Source of the DNA: Klebsormidium nitens | Taxonomy: Eukaryota > Plantae > Klebsormidiophyceae | DNA length: 64,000 nucleotides | Direction: 5' to 3' | Assembly (NCBI GenBank): GCA_000708835.1 | Contig: DF237227.1 | Location: forward strand, 1 to 64,000 | In this document: positions 60,001 to 64,000 of the stretch, piece by piece | Position numbering within the stretch: the stretch's first letter is position 1 | Layout: each line of letters starts with the position of its first letter | Position numbers and translations under genes: made by a program | Notes under the pieces: model-generated | Database searches by the model: none | Told to the model about the DNA's origin: nothing | The model's input: only the letters and a program-made list of their open reading frames with translations

Positions 60001-63000
60001 CCCTTTCGCACGCGCGTCTTTGGTGTTTGCAGCAGCATATTATTGCCGCAATCACGTAGAATGGAGACACCTCTGACAGGTTCCTCGTCATTCGTGCAGT
60101 TGTATCATTGACTTCAAGCCTCGCAACGAGTTTACGGCGGAGGAACATGAGTTGCTGATGTCCCTGGCGCAGCTCGTGGTGCAGGTAGGGGAGCCCGTGC
60201 GTGTTTTTGTTTCGTTTTGTTTTGTTCAGCGCATGAACACTCTAAGTAGTTTCTTCTTCAGATTTACTTCCTGAAAACGCAAAGTTTGATAACATTCGGG
60301 GCATTCTTTGCATAGTAGTGCATGTTAAGAATCAGTCCGCAATCCAAAACCTCGTCAGAAAATTACTGCATGACCACTCACCATTCAGGTGTATGCGCTT
60401 TGTAGAAGTCACATGGATGGCATCCACAACCCATGTATTGCTCTTTTTCTGATTTTCGGCAGACGGTTCGGAGAGAACGGTTTGCTGAAGGACCGTACCC
60501 GAAAGCTGCTAGGACTCTTTTGCAAGAGACGGAAAAGCACATGCGGGTATCTGAAGGGGGTTGGGAAAGCCTCGTCGAAGTATTTCTTCCTTCATTCCAC
60601 TTATTACAATCTGGTATGCTTATGAAAAGGGTTAGAAAGTCAAAGCCAAGCCGGCATTGTGCTTTTACAGGAGATGGAGAAGCACACGCGGTATCTCGAG
60701 CTGCAGCGGATCCAGGCGGAGAGGTTCGAGGACGACAAGCGGGGCCTGCTCCGGGCGATCGGTGGGTTTTACGATTTCAAGATTTTAGGTCACCGTCTTC
60801 GCTGCATACGCCTGCGTTTTGACCTGACCGATGACTTGTTTTGCCGGGCCATCCAATCATCTGTTTCCTGTTTAACGCCCCCGTTCATCTCCTCTAGCGT
60901 TTCGCCGCACCTGATAATCAGCTGATGTCACGGCTGTCGCTTTGTCGCTGCTCTGACGTGCTCAAAGAAGGAACAATCCTGGCTCACGGTGACGTTTTGC
61001 CTCTTTCCGGGTTTTCCAGTGGTCTCCTCGACGCTGGACCGTTCTTTGGCAAAGCTGGACGAAGTATTCAAGTGTCAGATCGCTAATTTTTCGTTAAAGC
61101 TGGACGACTATTTGAGGGTCACATCCCTTCACATTTTTAAAACGCCCCCTGGCTTAGCGGGGCGCTCACAGGTGGTGCACCTCTGGCGCCCTTCTTCGAT
61201 CTCGAACACATCAACTGAATGGTCTCCACATCCCTGACCAAAGCAATCCAACTCGCAACTCTTCTACCGACACTCACTAGACCTCAACTCTTCCGCGAAA
61301 AGAAGAAGAAAGAAGAAGCGAAACAGAAAGGGTGTCACGTGTCTCCCCGCAGACGCGTTCGATGAGGGCCTGGTCCTGTGCGACATGTCCCAAAAGGGCC
61401 ACCCGATCGTGTTCGTCAACGAGGGGTGGGAGAAGCTCACCGGATACTCCATCCAGGAAGTCCTCGGCCTGCACTGCGGCAGCCTGCTCGAGGTGAGATT
61501 TCCGCTGTGACGACCGGAATCCGCCAAACTCATGGGTCCAGCGGAATTGCGATTGGGTTTCTTTGCAATGAGGAGTGGGAGAAGCTCACCGGCTACTCCA
61601 TCCAAGAAGTCCTCGGCCTGCACTGCGGCAGCCTGCTCGAGGTGTGCTTTCCGCTCTTCCGGCCGAAGTCCGCGAAGTTTGTTCTTTTCAACGGAACCGA
61701 CTTCGGTTTTCACATTATCTATCACAAGAGGTGGGAGAAGCTTACCGGATAGTTTATCCAGGAAGTCCTCGGCCTGCACTGCGGCAGCCTGCTCGAGGTG
61801 AGATTCCGCTCTGACGGCCGGAGTTCCGGTAGTCCGTTGTTTCCAACGGAATTGCTTCCGGCTTCATTTCCGATGAGAGGCGGGAGAAGCTTACCGGGTA
61901 ATCCATCCAGGAAGTCCTCGGCCTGCATTGTGGCAGCCTATTCGAGGTTAGAATTCCGCTCTCAACCGGAAGCCGCAGATTCGGTTCTTCCAACGAAGTT
62001 GTCTTCAGCTTTTCTTCCCCCTTCCCTCAGCGAGGGCAAGAAGAAGCTCACTTGGGTACTCCATCAAGAAGTTCTCGGCCTGCACTGCGCAGCCTGCTCG
62101 AGATAAGATTCCGCTTTGATGGCCGGAATCTGCGGATCCGTCGCTTCCCACAAGAGCAACTTAGGTTTGCTCGTTTATGTCAAGGGGGGGTGGGAGAAGC
62201 TTACCGGGTACTCCCATCAAGAAGTCCTCAGCCTGCAGTTCGGCAGACTGCTCCAGGTAAGAATTCCGCTGTGAGGGCCGGATCTGCGGATCCGTCATAT
62301 CCAACGGATCGACTTTCACGCTCCCGTTTTCCTCCCCCAAGGGTTGAGAGGCTTTCGATCCACGAAGTACTTAGGCCTGCACTGCGGCAGCCTGCTTAGA
62401 GCTACAAAAGCGCTTTGACTGCCGGTATTTCAGTAGTTCGTTGTTTCCAGCGGAGTCACTTTGAGGTTTAAGAACGATGACGAGACGACGTTGTTTCCTC
62501 AACAAAGGAGAGTCTGCCCCTGATTGCACCGAATGGCACCCACTCACAGATTGTCCCTGATTGCAGGGACCCCTGACGGACAGAGATGCGAAGCGAACCC
62601 TCGCCGAGGCCTGCGCCAAAGGCGAATCCGCTTCCGTTGAGATCCTGAACTACCGCAAGAACGGAACGCCCTTCTGGAACTGGCTCCGGATACGGCCGGC
62701 GGTGTTACCGATGGGGACAACCTTCGCAAGCGGTGCCGGGGAGAGCAACAGGTGTGACAAAAGTTGCAATTCAAAAGCCAAATGAGAACTTGAACATATC
62801 CGGAATCTGGAAATCGAAACTTGGAATCTGAGAGCCCGATTTCTGGAGTAAAATTTCTAGAAATTGTACAGCGGGTGCGAACGTAGTTTGTGATCTAGCT
62901 CGTCAAGGTTCTGCTGAGCTCTTGTTCCGAGCTCTCATTTGGTGTGCCACCAGGATGCAAAAGATTCACTTCGACGAACCCTTACTCGACGGGAGACCGC

Positions 63001-64000
63001 TCAGGTCGATCTTCCTTTAGGAAGTCGAGATCTGCTTGACAGTTGCGGTGTAATAAGCTGAATGACGGAAAGAAGAGGTTCCGGGGAGTTTTACGCATTC
63101 TTGCACGATGGGCAAGGGAAAAGAGCAGCGAAACAAGGCAGTCCGCCAACAAGAAGTAGAGATACGTTTTACGGAAAATGTAAGCGTGCAAAGAAGAAGA
63201 AACATGCTAGGCGTTTCTGTAGGTGCTAATAATTCCCTTTCCAACAGCATGTTGCACGAAGGAAAAAGGCAGTGGCTGGAGGCGCTCCAAACGCAAGCAG
63301 TCTTGCTCCGGCCCAGAACTCACAAGCGAAGATCAAAACCTGGATAAACGAGAAAGAACAAAACGCGTTTCTGCAGGTACTACTTTGGAATCTTGACCGA
63401 TTGCACGGCGCGCGAAGATTAGCTAGTTCAGACGCTCCTGTACAAGTCTAGAGAAGCGGCTTCAAGGGACGACACCAATAATAGGAAGAAGAAACGTAAG
63501 AAGGAAGAGGAACGAAAGAAGGCGTACGCTTGTTGCAGGTACTACTTTGGTATCCTGTCCGACTGTACGGTGCGCAAGGAGAAGGAGCAGCGGCTGGAAG
63601 CGTCCGGTTGCAAGAACTCTCGTTCCGCCCCGGAAGTATTGAAAGAAACAGATTGGAAAGAAAGAGAAAGAACGGAGCACGTTTTTGCAGGTATTACTTT
63701 GGTATCCTGTCCGACTGCACGGTGCGCAATGAGAAGGAGCAGCAGATACCGACTGCAGGAACTCTAATCCCGCCCCGGATGTGAACTAACAAACCAAATT
63801 CGGAAACAAAGATAAAGTACGAAGCGCATTTCTGCAGGTACTACTTTGGGATTCTGTCCGACTGCACGATCCGAAAGGAGAAGGAGCAGCGGCTGGAAGC
63901 GATCCGGCTGCAGGAGTTCGAGGCGGAGGCGAGCACGCGCGCCAAGCGGTCGTTCGTGGCCAATATCAGTCACGAGATCCGGACGTGAGCACACAGCTCT
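57029..64000 (+). CDS. GAF / LOV-like PAS / HisKA sensor histidine kinase, partial (continues past the window)
   Basis: Exons 57029-57313, 57624-57692, 58189-58242, 58850-58974, 59453-59516, 59794-59870, 60100-60184, 60671-60761, 61353-61492, 62567-62751, 63838-63984. GAF: NEEFRLQVLRSYNILNT...ALVSLVDENRQWFKS...SFC...HIRFYAGAPL...LCIIDFKPR. PAS: PIVFVNEGWEKLTGYS..EVLGLHC...NYRKNGTPFWN. H-box: AKRSFVANISHEIRT. Confidence 0.92.
61420..62400. repeat. Seven-unit, about 150-bp array spanning the PAS exon 9 donor
   Basis: GGGAGAAGCTCACCGGATACTCCATCCAGGAAGTCCTCGGCCTGCACTGCGGCAGCCTGCTCGAG|GT ends at 61492 (true), 61641, 61797, 61946, 62102, 62256 and about 62399. Confidence 0.95.
63360..63910. repeat. 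Four-unit, about 150-bp array spanning the kinase exon 11 acceptor
   Basis: TGCAG|GTA(C/T)TACTTTGG.AT.(C/T)TG.CCGA.TG.ACG starts at 63377, 63539, 63691 and 63838 (true). Confidence 0.93.

Noticed and set aside
61420-62400. CRISPR-like appearance (conserved ~70-nt repeat alternating with variable ~80-nt spacers)
   Set aside because: The repeat is exon sequence, the spacers are homologous to one another, there are no cas genes, and the context is a eukaryotic intron.
61500-62400. Array of mutually exclusive exons (Dscam-like)
   Set aside because: The copies lack the exon's 5' half and their own clear acceptors, several have indels, and donor offsets are out of frame.

Overview
Eukaryotic, intron-rich nuclear DNA with GC-rich exons and canonical GT-AG introns. 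The gene set looks streptophyte (RAD5A, PGSIP7/8-type GT8, IQM); a charophyte alga such as Klebsormidium is my inference, not shown by the sequence. I hand-spliced nine protein-coding genes: (1) partial unknown gene (-, runs off the left edge); (2) bicupin dioxygenase-like gene (+); (3) class A flavoprotein monooxygenase (-); (4) GT8 glycosyltransferase, PGSIP7/8-like (-); (5) RAD5A HIRAN/SNF2/RING helicase (+); (6) IQM calmodulin-binding protein (-); (7) small predicted plastid membrane protein (+); (8) conserved uncharacterised protein (-); (9) GAF / LOV-like PAS / HisKA sensor kinase (+, runs off the right edge). Four small TIR elements (MITEs) with hAT-, Tc1/mariner- and PIF/Harbinger-type ends are present, plus one fold-back element. 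The most striking unexplained structure: introns of seven of these genes carry tandem, decaying copies of their own exon-intron junctions (exon end plus splice site plus adjacent intron), mostly spaced about 130-190 bp apart, close to nucleosome size. All coordinates were counted by hand and may be off by a few bases.
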